DNA of 64,000 bases from Octopus vulgaris (GCA_951406725.2 OX597819.1:70308001-70372000), one strand, 5' to 3'; numbered from the stretch's first letter, positions 1 to 13,289 are shown. A program made the numbers and translations. Notes: a model not told the origin generated them from the letters alone.

Positions 1-285
1 ACTTACTCTATTGGTCTCTTTTGCCAAATCACTATGTTACAGGGACGTAAAAAACACCAGCATCAGTTGTCAAGCAATGTTTGGGGGACAAATACACACA
101 CACAAACACATACACACACACACACACACATACACACAGAGATATATATACGACAGGCTTCTTTCAGTTTCCGTCTACCAAATCCACTCCCAAGGCTTTG
201 GTTGGCCCGAGGCTAGAGTAGAAGACACTTACCCAAGGTGCCATGTAGTGAGATTGAATCTAGAGCCATGTGGTTGGTCAGCATA
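1..285 (-). mobile_element. tRNA-derived CORE-like SINE (family A) with internal (TA)/(TG) microsatellite
   Basis: Minus strand has CCTTGGG(C/T)AAGTGTCTTCTACT core. Other copies: 6190-6568, 12372-12685, 14005-14320, 18090-18245, 35158-35760, 41470-41802, 42363-42520, 43325-43685, 44409-45852 (split), 52010-52268, 61680-61985. Confidence 0.75.
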
Positions 286-972
286 ATCTGCACATCCAAA
301 CAGTATTAATTGAATATTGAATATCAAGACTCTCTAAATTATAGTAGACTTAACAAGGTATGCATTATTTTCTAAACTCATTCTGCCACAGATATGACAG
401 AAGAAACCATGTAAATATTTTGAGTTCCATTATTGATGTAAATATGTAAAAGAAATGCTTGTATCCTTTATGTTTGAAGTCTATGCGGTCATCTGACGAG
501 AACAGTTTCTTTCAAATGATGTAATGTTTTCATTAATTAAAGGACCCACTTGAAACGGCTGCAATGAATTGACACCTGTACATATTTGTTACTCATTTAT
601 ATATAGGTGGAGGCTATATATTAGAAAACACTTGTAGAAGGTACTGTGCAGTGGGACCGAAACTGGAACCATGGGACTGGAAACAAACTTCTTTCCCCCA
701 CAGCCATGTTTACACCTAATTAAAGGATGAGTTCTAGGGTATCACAAGCAAATGGTCATGCTCTAATGACCAGCTGGAGCTGGAACAGATAATCAAATCA
801 GAGTAAGTACTTAATTGCTACTTTATTTTATCAGTATTTTTTTAAAGTACGTTGGGACAATTACGATGGAATTTGAACTCGTAAATGAATAAACCTCAGC
901 AACATTATATGACAAAGAAGTTGATCACATAATTATCTTTAGTTAGATATTTAAAAATACAGCCATGTAGTT

Positions 973-1012
<40 letters not shown>

Positions 1013-1429
1013 CTGCAAAAGGAAAATAAAAACCTGTTTTAAATCCTCTATTTTTTTATATTATTACGAAATATTTAATTACCAGATGTTATGCACCAAA
1101 TGGGAAGCCATCTAACACAACATTAATTTCATAAGAACTGAGTTTATTGTCATTGTATACAATGATAAAAAAGCTTGTTCATCATCATCATCATCATCAT
1201 AATCCTCATCATTTAATGTCCATTTTCCATGCTGGCATGGGTTGGATGGTTTAACCAGAGCTGGCAAGTTCTAGTCTGATTTTACTTGGTTTCTATGGCT
1301 TGATACCCTTCCTAACACCAACCACTTTACACTGTATGTTGTGCCCTTTTAATGTGGAACCAAACAAGCATTCATGCCACTGTGTTTTTGTATTATTTTT
1401 ATATTTTTATGTAATGTTATAAATGTGTG

Positions 1430-1471
<42 letters not shown>

Positions 1472-1556
1472 TGTGTGTGTGTATGTATGTATGTATGTAT
1501 GTATGTATGTATGTATGTATGTATGTATGTATGTATATGTATATATAGACATATAT

Positions 1557-1880
1557 AGGATCACTCCACCGGTTATGACAATGAGGATCCCAGCTGATAC
1601 GATCAATGGTACAGCCTGCTAATGAAATTAACGTGCAAGTGGCTGAGCACTCCACAGACACATGTACCCTTTACGTAGCTCTCAAGGAGATTCAGTGTGA
1701 TACAGAGTGTGACAAGGCTGGCTCTTTGAATTACAGATGCAACTCATTTTTGCCAGCTGAATTAACTAGAGTAATGTGAAATAAAGTGTCTTGCTCAAGG
1801 ACCAATGCGTCACCGGGAACTGAACTCATGACCTTACGATCATGAGCCGAATGCCCTAACCACTAATTCACGTGCCTTCA
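1557..1880 (-). mobile_element. tRNA-derived SINE (family C)
   Basis: Minus strand: TAGTGGTTAGGG A-box, GAGTTCAGTTCCC B-box, GTCCTTGAGCAAGACACT domain; related copies 62213-62487, 31288-31990, 42130-42243. Confidence 0.7.
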
Positions 1881-1889
1881 TAGACATAT

Positions 1890-2001
<112 letters not shown>

Positions 2002-2029
2002 GCACATATATATATATGTATATATATAT

Positions 2030-2337
2030 GTGGAGGCGCAATGGCCTAGTGGTTAGGGCAGCGGACTCGCGGTCGTAGGATCACGGTTTCGATTCCCAGA
2101 CCGGGCGTTGTGAGTGTTTATTGAGCGAAAACACCTAAAGCTCCATGAGGCTCCGGCAGGGGGTGGTGGCGATCCCTGCTGTACTCTTTCGCCACAACTT
2201 TCTCTCACTCTTTCTTCTATTGGCCAGCTCGCTTAGCCAGCGGGGTGGCGTCATTTGAAGGCTAAAACAATGCAAAGCGCCTTGTGACCAGCGATGTGTA
2301 ACAACATCTGATGGCCTGGTCGGTCACGGTGATCACG

Positions 2338-2341
<4 letters not shown>
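2030..2341 (+). mobile_element. tRNA-derived SINE (family B) inserted in (TA)n
   Basis: TGGCCTAGTGG A-box, GGTTTCGATTCCC B-box; near-identical second copy at 28494-28779. Confidence 0.8.
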
Positions 2342-2409
<68 letters not shown>

Positions 2410-2714
2410 TACATACACACATACTTAAATACATATATGCATGCATGCAGTCTTTCTCTATTGGCAAGAAATCATCAAATAAAAACTGAACAATGACATA
2501 CATACATACATACATACATACATACATACATACATACATACATACATACATACATACATACATACATACATACATACATACATACATACATACATACATA
2601 CATACGTACATACATACATACAAGCTGTTTTCTTGTATACAAGCAAAGCCATTGCTAGAAAGAACCATTGAAATGAGTCACTGATGATGCAATGTGAAGC
2701 CTTTGCTTGGCTCT

Positions 2715-3285
2715 TGAGCCTAGCCAAAGATTAGCACATTCTATTGTATAAAGCACAGCTGTGCTGGCTGGCAGAAGGAACAGGTGCTGCAGTATGAAGT
2801 CTTTTGACATGCCTTTTCAATCCTCCAACCGAAAGGCACACCTTTCCGCAGGTTGTACATGTCCTATTGTGAACACAAGCTGTATCACAATTTACAAGGG
2901 GTTGATTCCTGTGAGTTCTCTGATTGCAATTCCCTCTACAACTCCAGCAATTCCTTCTACAAACCACACACACAAAAAGCAACACTCTCTCATTTTCCAC
3001 AGGTTCATTCTTTCTAAGCCTTCTCTTGATCTCCTTGTGCTTCATTCTCTCTCTTTCAAACTTCAAGCAACCACTGTGCACTCTCTTCATCTATCTATCT
3101 CGGTTTTGTGCCTCCCTCTCCCTCTCAACAACCGAAACTCCTGACTGTGTCAGTGCAATTCTGAGGCACATCATGAAACTTTATTTTGGGTTTCTGCATT
3201 GGCCTCCTACCATCTTCCAGCTCACCATACAAAAGTTGCTTAGGAATTCTTTCATCGTTCATTCTCACTAGATGTCCACCACACT
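2715..3285 (-). mobile_element. RTE-clade LINE 3' fragment with C2H2 zinc fingers, degenerate
   Basis: GHLVRMNDERIPKQLLYGELEDGRRP..KPK RTE C-terminal motif, followed by CTTCGKVCLSVGGLKRHVKRLH. Confidence 0.8.
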
Positions 3286-4708
3286 CTTCTTCTGCAATTT
3301 TAGAATACATAAATCTAGCTTTATAAGACGCTATCATATGTTAAATTCAACTTGTGTTGAAAGCCAACAAAGTTTGCTTTTAGAAGCTTGAGATGCATTG
3401 AAAGATACAGATAAGGAAATACTTTAAATGGAAGTTGAATTTAACGTATGATAGCATCTTATAAAGCTAGATTTGTATATCCTAAAATTGCAGAATAATT
3501 TGTTGCTGGGCAGTTTAGCTTAATGGTAAATCACTTGACGCATAATCACAGATGTGAGTTCGAGTCTCATGGCTGGCCATCGACAGATTTATCTGCAAAA
3601 TATGGATAGTTTATCCTGTTCATGCAACATTATTAGCATTATCCTGCATTTGAGAATAAAATTATTTCCTTATCTGCATCTTTATATACGTGTATGTATG
3701 TATGTTCGTATATATATATATGTATATATTTATGTGTCTGTGTTTGTACCCCTGCCATCATTTGACAACTGATGCTGGTGTTTATGTCCCCCTATTAGCA
3801 AAAGAGGCAAATAGAATAAGTACTAATAGAATAAGTACTAGGCTCACAATGAATAAGTTCTGGGTTCGATTTCTTCAATTAAAAAGGAAAACCTTTAAGG
3901 TGGTGTTCCAGCATGACCACAGTCAAATGGCTGAAGCAAGTAAAAGAATAAAAGAAAAGTTGTGATGGGTCAGTCACAGATTGACATATATACCAGCTAT
4001 TTCGTTGTTAGACCCCAGAAATATGTCTCCCCAGTTTGTACAAATTGTTGCCTTTATTCTTCATCGACACAGAAAACATTATGTACAGTAATTAAAGCTT
4101 CTGTTAATTGTTCATGAACGCTGTTTATCATTTTACACACAGCCCTAGAAAGACTTTTTCATTACCTACATGCATCAATGAACAGCCCACAACAGAAAAC
4201 AATTTCACAGCATTTATCCCTGTCGTTAAAATGAAAGCTCAGAAAGTCAAGTAGCAATATCCCAAGAGAGAAAGTGACAGACAATGAGGGCACATGTGAG
4301 ATGCACCATGAAGGAACCAAAGAGAGTCTTGAGAAGTACTTCACAGAATACGTATGGAGTTACATTGTACAGAAAAGGAATATTCCCATTGAAGGTAAAG
4401 TTTGTGTCTCTCTGTCAATCCACAACCATTATTGTAGTCCTTCACTTGGTGAGAACTTTTTCAGTTGTTATTAACTTCATTATGCTTTATTTACTCTATT
4501 GCTATTGAAAGAAAGAAGATAGTCTCTTTTATGCAAATTCTGACCCTGAGAAAAAAATTGAACAGTTTTTGTTGTTCTATTTCAGAAGTTATTCTTATTT
4601 AACACTTGACCTTGCTGTATCAGAAGATGTCATGAGACCAGTTTAGGTTTTTAAAATCGTCCTATCTTTTTTTACTTAAGTAATAGAGCTGATTTTATTA
4701 TTATTATC

Positions 4709-4740
<32 letters not shown>

Positions 4741-5482
4741 TTTATTTTTTTCTTCTTTCAAATTTGCTTCCATTTCTTGCCGAGTGTCTTCCCGACTCCT
4801 AGGGCAAAGAAACTCATAGTATACATTGGTAGGCCATTAAACTAAACTCAATAGTTTGTTCATTTTTTTTTTTAAAGTTAAATTAAAATACATGGGTAGT
4901 AATAATTCTCACATCGACAATGCTCTTCTCAATACGTGTGATGTACCAGTTAAGATAATCTTTTGCACTTCTTGCAGGGATGGTAAGCCAGGGATCATTC
5001 TCATATAATTTTCGGTTCCCTTCTTGATCATTCCTAGTGCTCCTACGATCACTGGTATTGTAATTTTCTCAACTTCAATGAGTAGGTCTTTATATTTTCT
5101 GAGCTTGTCAAACTCTTTCACTGAGATATTATGATCACAGGGGATGCTCATGTCGATCAATAAGCAAACTTTATTGTTTTGGTCTTTCACAACAATATCT
5201 GGTTTATTGGCCTTGATGGTTCGGTCTGTATGTACTGGAAAGTCCCACAGAATCGTTACATTTTCTCCTTCAGTTACAGCCTCAGGGTGGTGATTATACC
5301 ACTTGTCGGCAGTTTTGATATTGTAATGCCAACTTATTAGCCAGTGTAGATATTGGCCAACTCTGTCATGTCTTAATTTATACTCCACTGGTGCTAAGAC
5401 TTTACATCCAGAGATTAGGTGGTCCACTGTTTCAATCATGTCGTTGCAGAATCGACATTTTGGGTCTGCTCCATTTTTCATC

Positions 5483-5483
<1 letters not shown>
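4741..5483 (-). mobile_element. R4/Dong-clade non-LTR retrotransposon 3' fragment (zinc knuckle plus restriction-like endonuclease)
   Basis: ORF 4909..5481: CRFC..ETVDHLISGC, RHD, KPDIVV..LIDMSIP..K..KY, PVIVGALG; flanked by (TTA)n on both sides. Confidence 0.88.
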
Positions 5484-5534
<51 letters not shown>

Positions 5535-5738
5535 TGCTAAGCATGCCAGGCAAAATGCTAAGTGGCATTTTGCCCATATTTATGTTCTCAGTTCAAATTC
5601 CACCAAGGTCGTCTTTGCCTTTCATCCTTTCGGGGTCAGTAAAATAAGTACCAGTGAAACACTGGGGTTGATGTAATTGACTAGTCCCCTCCTCCAAAAT
5701 TTCAGGCCTTGTGCCTATAGTAGAAAGGATTATTCTAA

Positions 5739-5769
<31 letters not shown>

Positions 5770-6667
5770 TGAGTGAGAGAGCAGTGCATGCTCTCAAAGT
5801 GACCATAGAGAAAAATATACAAAGCCCAGTATACCCATCTGTATACCTGTCTGATAAGGGTACACCAAGCACGTGCATCACAACCATGGTGATCTCATAT
5901 CAAGATGAACAGCACATAACCTTGCAGGTGGAGCCCAGTTAGAATTCCCTTCAGGTCGAGTTGCCCATCCCGCTCAAAAGATATTGAATAAGGTTTGTTT
6001 AAGTATTTTGAACGAAACACCCATGTTTCCAAAAGTGAATTATTCAAACCCCAAAGAATTCCTCTCATCACATGGCTATGATGCTCCCCCACTACTTCTG
6101 CTCGTAATCAGAGATGCATATATTGTCAACCACTAAGGGACATGCTCAACTGGTTGAGGTCAAACAACAGACAAACAAATCTGTGGTATTTTTTTTTTCT
6201 TTTACTTGTTTCAGTCATTTGACTGTGGCCATGCTGGAGCACTGCCTTTATAGTCGAGTAAATCGACCCCAGAGCTTATTCTTTGTAAGCCTAGTACTTA
6301 TTCTATCGGTCTCTTTTGCCGAACCGGTTGTCAAGCGATGCTGGGAGGACAAACACAGACACACAAACATACACACACACACATATATATAATATATATA
6401 TACATATACGACAGGCTTCTTCCAGTTTCCATCTACCAAATCCACTCACAAGGCTTTGGTCGGCCCGAAGCTATAGTAGAAGACACTTGCCCAAGGTGCC
6501 ACGCAGTGGGACTGAACCCGGGACCATGTGGTTGATAAGCAAGCTACTTACCACACAGCCACTCCTGCAGAATGTTTGCCGTAGGCCATCTTTTATACCA
6601 AGACAAAGCAATGTACAGGATAACACTTCCAATCAGTTAAGATTAGAAGCAATGAGAGCCACTGCCT
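5770..6667 (-). mobile_element. ~550-bp SINE-like element (family E) ending in (TAA)n, interrupted by a family A SINE
   Basis: Four similar copies: here, 32757-33201 (+), 40500-41012 (-), 48638-49125 (-); all end ...CTCTCTCACTCAATAATAA-like. Confidence 0.7.
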
Positions 6668-6789
6668 CTCGTGTTTGTTGGCTCTTTTTACACATTTAAC
6701 CTCATTGTCCTTCATCTGTGTATCATCCTCTATGTTTTGTGTTGGCCCTGGTGGCCAATAAAGAAAGAATTACCATTATTATTATTATT

Positions 6790-7286
6790 TCTGCCTTGAC
6801 ACAGCTTCTAACGCTGGAGATGTACTATGATGTCAGCTGTTCACTACTAGTGAACTAAGGCAACACCTCTTATTTTTTGAGCACCTTCTGGAGTATTCGA
6901 GCAGTTCCAAGCAGTGCTGTTTTCTGCAAGTGTTTCACCCTTACTGCAGCCCCTATTTGTTCCATGTACTTCTCAAGATTTTTACTGACTCTGACAATTA
7001 TTGGTAATACTACCATCTTTTTCATTGACTACAACTGCTTAACTTCCCAAGCTAACCTGTCATTTCTGTCGACTTTTCTTTCTTCCTTATCGCGTACTTT
7101 GTTGTCAGCTGGGCATGCTATATCTATGACCCAGCTTAGTTTGTTTTCTTTCTCAATTAAGACTATGTCCAGCTTCCTATTCTCTACCTCATGGTCGCAC
7201 TGAATCATAAAATCCAATAGGTTTGTGGTCATACCAATTTTTTGCCCTGTCAAGTCCATACTTGTTGCAAAGTGTCCAATGGACAA
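6790..7286 (-). mobile_element. R4/Dong-clade LINE 3' fragment, degenerate
   Basis: DFMIQCDHEVENRKLDIVLIEK...IDIACPAD RLE motif; (TTA)n flanks. Confidence 0.8.
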
Positions 7287-7316
<30 letters not shown>

Positions 7317-7319
<3 letters not shown>

Positions 7320-8465
7320 TAGTTTTATTTTTATAGCGTGCTTTCACTTCACTACCGAGCGCAGCTCTGTGTGCCTTGGGTATGTGCTGTGATTTGTTGT
7401 GATGCTCTGATGGTTATTGTATGGAAAGTGTTCTGCGTAGGATGTGTGCAGTGCCTAGTAGTGCAATTTTCTGTATGTTATATGTGTTTGTAAGTCCTGG
7501 TGTTTTTGTTATGTATTTGTCTGAATATTTTTTATCATGCCTAATGCACCTACTATGATAGGAATTGTTTCTGTTTTCAGATTCCACATTCTAGTTACCT
7601 CTATTTCCAGGTCTTTGTATTTTGAGAGTTTCTCCATTTCTTTTAGAGACACGTTGTCATCTGCCGGTATTGATACATCAATTAGAAAGCATTTTTTTCT
7701 TCATGATCTCTGACAACTATATCTGGTCTGTTGGCCTTAATTTCTCTATCTGTGTGTATCGGCATATCCCAGAGTATGGTTGCTTTCTTGTTTTCTGTGA
7801 CCTTTTCTGGTGTGTGCCTATACCATCTTTTTTCTGTTGTTATTCCATAATGTTGGCATAGCTTCCAGTGTATGTAGGTTCCAACTCTGTCATGTCTGTG
7901 AATATATTCCTTCTTAGCCAGGACTGGGCAGCTAGAGATAATATGATTTATTGTTTCTTGTCCATCTCCACATATTCTGCAGTTACTTGTAATATTTCTT
8001 TTCATTACATGTTTTTGGTAATTTCTGGTGGGGAGGCTTTGGTCTTGTGCTGCAATTAAAAATCCCTGTTTCTGCTTTGAGTCCTGAGCTTCTCAACCAT
8101 TGCTGGGATTTTTCTTTGTCTATTTCTTTTGCATTTAGTTTAGTCCAGTATTTACCATGAAGGGGCTTTTCTTGCCATCGTTTTATCATGGTTCGTTGCT
8201 GTTCTATTTTTAGTTTGGATTTCATTTGTTTTATAGCTTTTGTTGTTTCTTCATCTTCTTCTTCTTCTTCTTCATGTTTATTAGGTGGTATGATTTCTTG
8301 TTTGTATTTGTCAGCTTCCTTAAATACTGAGAACAGTTTTTTGTTTTGCTCGTGTTTTGCCGCTATCTGGATCAGTTTTCCTTCCTTCTGAAGTAGATAT
8401 TTTTGCAGTCCTATGGTGGTTATTTTATAGTAGTTTTCCAGCTGTATAAGGCCTCTACCACCTTC
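7317..8465 (-). mobile_element. R4/Dong-clade LINE 3' fragment, frameshifted
   Basis: WQEKPLHGKY, WLRSSGLKAET, CRICGDGQETINHIISSC, RHD, ILWDMPIHTDREIKANRPDIVV; (TTA)n flanks. Confidence 0.88.
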
Positions 8466-8532
<67 letters not shown>

Positions 8533-9744
8533 TAACCTAAAAACAATTCCAGAACATTAACCAGTGTCAAAGAAACAATTCAATGTCAAGATTTTTTATT
8601 TCACAACTTCTTTTGTGAGTATAAGTAATGAATCAGAGAGAAAAGGAATAAATTTTCCTTATTTGTGTTTTTAAAATAAAAGAATAAAATAAAAATTAAA
8701 ATTCACATTCTCTTAAATTGACAAATGTATAAATAAGCAAAGAAATTTAATTAATTACCCATGCCAGTGGAACATTAAAAGCACCATTTGAGCAAGGTCA
8801 TTGCCAGTGCCACTGGACAGGCTCCTGTGCAGGTGGCACATAAAAAGCACCATTTGAGCATGGATGATGCCAGTACCGCCTGACTGGCCCTCATGCCAGT
8901 GGCATGTAAAAGCACCCACTACACTCTCGGAGTGGCTGGCATTAGGAAAGGCATCCAGCTGTAGAAACTTTACCAGATCATATTGGAGCCTGGTGCCACC
9001 TCCTGGCTTGCCAGTCCTCAGTCAAACCGTCCAACCCATGCCAGCATGGAAAGTGGACGATGATGATGATCCACATAGTTTAACTCCTATAAAGATATGT
9101 TATTAAATAATTTCTGTTAATTTATCTGGTGAGTAAGCTTAGTAGAAATAGCAACCAAATCTCTCTCAAATCACAACAACGATGACAATGATGATGATGA
9201 TGACAGAAAAACGACCAACAACAAAACAAAAATGGTGAAACTAATGGTAAAAGTTGCAAACTAATGGTAAAAGTAGGTTGCTCAACCTTCGCAAGAATAA
9301 TGGAAATAAAAATAAAACCCCTTAGTCAAAGAAATTAGCAGCAGCACAGAATTAAAAATGTGACACTGAGACACAAGTGAAGAATTCCTCTTCACGTTGT
9401 GAATCAAAAACAAAGCAGTTTGGTTGAGCCTGACCTACTCTAAGCTTTCCTTACAACAGAAGTTGAGGTCAGTGCCTTGTGGTAATGAAACATTTTGTAA
9501 TTTGACAACAGGTCTGAGTTTTACAACACTGCCCAGGCTGAAAGCTGGTAGAATTGTTAGCACAATGGACAAAATGCTTAGCATCATTTCATCCATCGTC
9601 ACATTTTGAGTTCAAATTCTTTTCCTTTGCCTCTCATCCTTTCAGGGTCGATAAAATAAGTTCCAGTTCAGCTCTGGGGTTGATGTAACCAGCTAGCACC
9701 CTTCCTCTCAAAAATTCCAGGCCTTGTACCTATTACAGAAAGGA

Positions 9745-10110
9745 TTATTACCTTCACCTTAGTGAAGGTAGAGGTATTGTTTTCAGTTGTGTTTGTTTGT
9801 TTGTCCATGGACAAGATATCTCAAGAGCTGCTGGATGGATTCAGATGAAACTTTCAGGGATGTTTGGCTTCATAACTAGCACAAACTGATTAGATTTTGA
9901 GATCAATCTGGTACCGGACAAAGATTCTGGATTATTTCTCTAGTTTATTTACTTAATTTTTGAGAGTGGTCGGGTTCATTTTTAGTATTCTCATTTGTGA
10001 GAGGAATAAAGTTTATTTCAGATATTCTCATTTTAAATATCATCTCTGGCTAATCGTTGAGAGAACATTGGTGTTGCCTTGGCGGAGGTTTGCGCTCTCT
10101 GAGTGCTCTT
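9745..10110 (+). mobile_element. Non-autonomous Helentron-type (HINE/DINE-1-like) element
   Basis: 5' palindromic subTIR, (GTTT)n, 3' CTTGGCGGAGG subTIR and GCGCTC-TCT-GAGTGC hairpin; copies at 20876-21253 and 54413-54989 (-). Confidence 0.72.
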
Positions 10111-10395
10111 GTTGTTGTTGTTGTTATTATTTTTATTATTATTATTATTATTATTATCATCATTATTATTATCAAGTAAAGTGGTGAGCTGGCGGAATCA
10201 TTAGCATGCTGGGCGAAATGCTTAGCAGCATTTCACCTGAGTTCAAATTCTGCCGAGTACCAGCTGAACACTAGGGTTCATATAATCAACACGTCCCCTC
10301 CTGCAAAATGGCTTCCCTTGTGGAAAAATTTGAAATAATTATTATTTTTATTATTATTATTAATCATAAGGTGGCGAGCTGGCAGAATTGCTAGC

Positions 10396-10886
10396 ATGCG
10401 GGGCAATACCCTCCATCAGGCATTTGCCATATTCTGAACACCTTACTTCCCTGAGCATGGACACATTGAAACTCCGAAGTCTGGCAGCTGACTTGGCAGA
10501 CACCCATAAAATTATCAACCATCTTACGAACAATAACTCTGAGCACCTTTTCAAACTCCACCCATCTAACACCCGTGGGCATATTTACAAAGTCAGAAAG
10601 CAGCACAGCTCCCATGACTTTAGGAAACATGAGAGTTGCTGAAGCATGGAACAAACTGCCGGCATCGGTTGTTAGTTGTCGAAGCACTGCATCCTTCAAA
10701 ACTTCCATGCTTTCTGAGATTCGCCAACACTACACCTGATTTTCTCCCCTCCATACACACACAAGCATGTATCTGACTCATACATTGTTCGCTTTCCAGA
10801 CATTTGTACATTACTGCATACACTTTATATGCACTTTCTGACAAGTTGTGGTGCACCTGAGCACTGTATACAATAATTTCATTATT
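10396..10886 (+). mobile_element. CR1-clade LINE 3' fragment inserted into a SINE
   Basis: IPSIRHLPYSEHL..L...TLKLRSLAADL...NTRGHIYKV...AWNKLP C-terminal CR1 pattern; ends in ATT tail; the flanks rejoin a family D SINE. Confidence 0.8.
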
Positions 10887-11215
10887 AAAATGCTTAGCAG
10901 TATTTCATCTATCTTTACATTCTGAGTTCAAATTCTGCCAAGCTCAACTTTGCCTTTCATCCTTTCGGGGGGGGGGGGGGTCAATAAATTAAGTACCAGT
11001 TGAATACTGGGATCAATGTAATTGACATGTCCCCTACCCCAAAATGGTTGTCCTTGTGGCAAAATGTGAAATCATTGTATTTCACCCATCACTATGTTCT
11101 GAGTTCAAATTCCACTGAGGTCAACTTTGCCTTTCATCCTTTCGGGGTCAATAAATTAAGTACCAGTGAAACACTGGGGTCAATGTAATCAATTAATCCC
11201 TTCCCCACAAAAAGT

Positions 11216-11572
11216 TGTGGTGATGGTGTTAGTGGTGGTGGTGGTGGTGGTGGTGAAGATGACGACGATAGTAGTGGTGGTAATGATGACGATGATGACA
11301 ATGATAACGATGATGACGATGGTGGTGGTGGGGATTGTGATGATGATGATGACGATGGTGGTAGTTGTGTTGATGGAGGTGGTGGTGATGACGATGATGG
11401 TGGTGGTGATGGTGATGACGACGATGATGATAATGATGACGACGACGATGGTGGTGGTGTGGCGGTGGTGATATTGACGATGGCGACAACGACGATGATG
11501 ATGGTGGTGGTGATGATGATGATGTTGGTGGTGGTGGCGATGAAGATGATAATGATGACGATGACGACGACA
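11216..11572. repeat. Compound GGT/GAT/GAC trinucleotide microsatellite
   Basis: Direct reading; explains the His/Val/Met-rich ORFs in the track. Confidence 0.9.
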
Positions 11573-12541
11573 GTGCTCCCAGCGTCTAAAGCCCACCGAG
11601 TTCTTCGTCTTCTGTGGTGGTGGTGTCTATTTACATCCAGGGAGAGTGACCCATTTAAGACTGACTGAAATAGCCTCGACCGGTGAACATGATGTTGCAT
11701 GATACGAACTAACGAACTCTCTCTCAGCTTCATTCATTCTCCACTTCTGTTGTTACCGAATCCACTCAAATTGCCAAACACGTTAGGAAACAAACAAACC
11801 AACAAGCAAACAAACAGATAAATAAATAATAAATAAATAAATAAACAAAAGCAGAGTCCGACAAGAAGGGGAAATAACTCTTAAAAAAAAGGGAAGTTCT
11901 GTTTGCTAAATCTCTTCCAACTTCTCTTCCTTGTCCTTGAGATAGTCAGACACGCGGACACACGCACACACACACACACACACGCACAACGCACACATAC
12001 GCATCACACACAAACGCATACACCACACAGGCACATACAACACACACACCACACAGGCACATACAACACACACACCACACACACACAGGCCAACAAGTTT
12101 GTGCCCACGGAAATTGTGCTAATGACCTGGTTCTCAAAGCTCAGTCTATCGAGGAAACAAAAAAAAAAATAAAGAAGCATGAAAAATAGCTGTACATACG
12201 TATATATACGCGCACGCACACACGCGTGTATATGTGTGTGTTCGTGCATATGTATATCTATATGTAAATATATCTATATATAGCTAAACATACACACACA
12301 CACATATATATATACATACATGCATTAATATATGTGTATATTTATATGTGTGTGTACATGTATGTATATATTCTTTTATTCTTTTACTTGTTTCAGTCAT
12401 TTGACTGTGGCCATGCTGGGGCATCATCTTTTAATCGAGCAAATCGCCCCCAGGACTTATTCTTTGTAAGCCTAGTACTTGTTCTATCGGTCTCTTTTTG
12501 CTGAACACACTAACATCGCATGTCAAGCGATATTGGGAGGG

Positions 12542-12590
<49 letters not shown>

Positions 12591-12710
12591 CGACAGGCTT
12601 CTTTCAGTTTCCGCCTCCAAATCCACTCACAAGGGTTTGGTTGGCCCGAGGCTATAGTAGAAGACACTTGCCCAAGGTGCCATGCTACTTACTATACGGC
12701 CTCTCCTGTG

Positions 12711-12770
<60 letters not shown>

Positions 12771-13129
12771 TGTATGTATGTATGTATGGATGGATGGATG
12801 GATGGATGGATAGATCAAAACTGATTCAAATTCGTTGGTACTCTTATATTTGTGTGTGTATGTGTGTGTGTATGTCTGTATGTGTGTGTGTGTGTGTATG
12901 TATGTGCAACAGAAAAACCCTGAACAAGTTTAATTTTAATTCCTGAGTCACCCTGTTGAGTGGCCTTGTAAAGTCTGATTTCCCAATGCGCGAAGGAAAC
13001 TAGATCAGAAGCTACAAGAGAAGACAAAAAACAATGTGAAATTCTTTATTCAATAACAAACTGCAGCAACTATCTGAAACTTGCAGCTCTATTTCAATAG
13101 CATTACCTAATTAAACAGGGGTGGGACAG

Positions 13130-13193
13130 GAAGAGAGATAGAGAGATAGAGAGGGACATAGTTTAATGGTTGAAGTGATTGTAATAGATAAGG

Positions 13194-13240
<47 letters not shown>

Positions 13241-13289
13241 CATAGAGAGATAGATAGACAGATAGACGTAGAGAGATAGATAGACAGAC

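Noticed and set aside
2030-2105. Functional tRNA gene
   Set aside because: Continues into a repeated SINE body (second copy at 28494) and has no proper acceptor stem; the same holds for the heads at 3509, 35400 and 58990.
4162-4508. Short ORFs in unique sequence
   Set aside because: No recognisable domain and no consistent exon frame.
11134-11596. His-, Val/Met- and Ser/Pro-rich ORFs
   Set aside because: Trinucleotide microsatellite open in several frames and running into a SINE.
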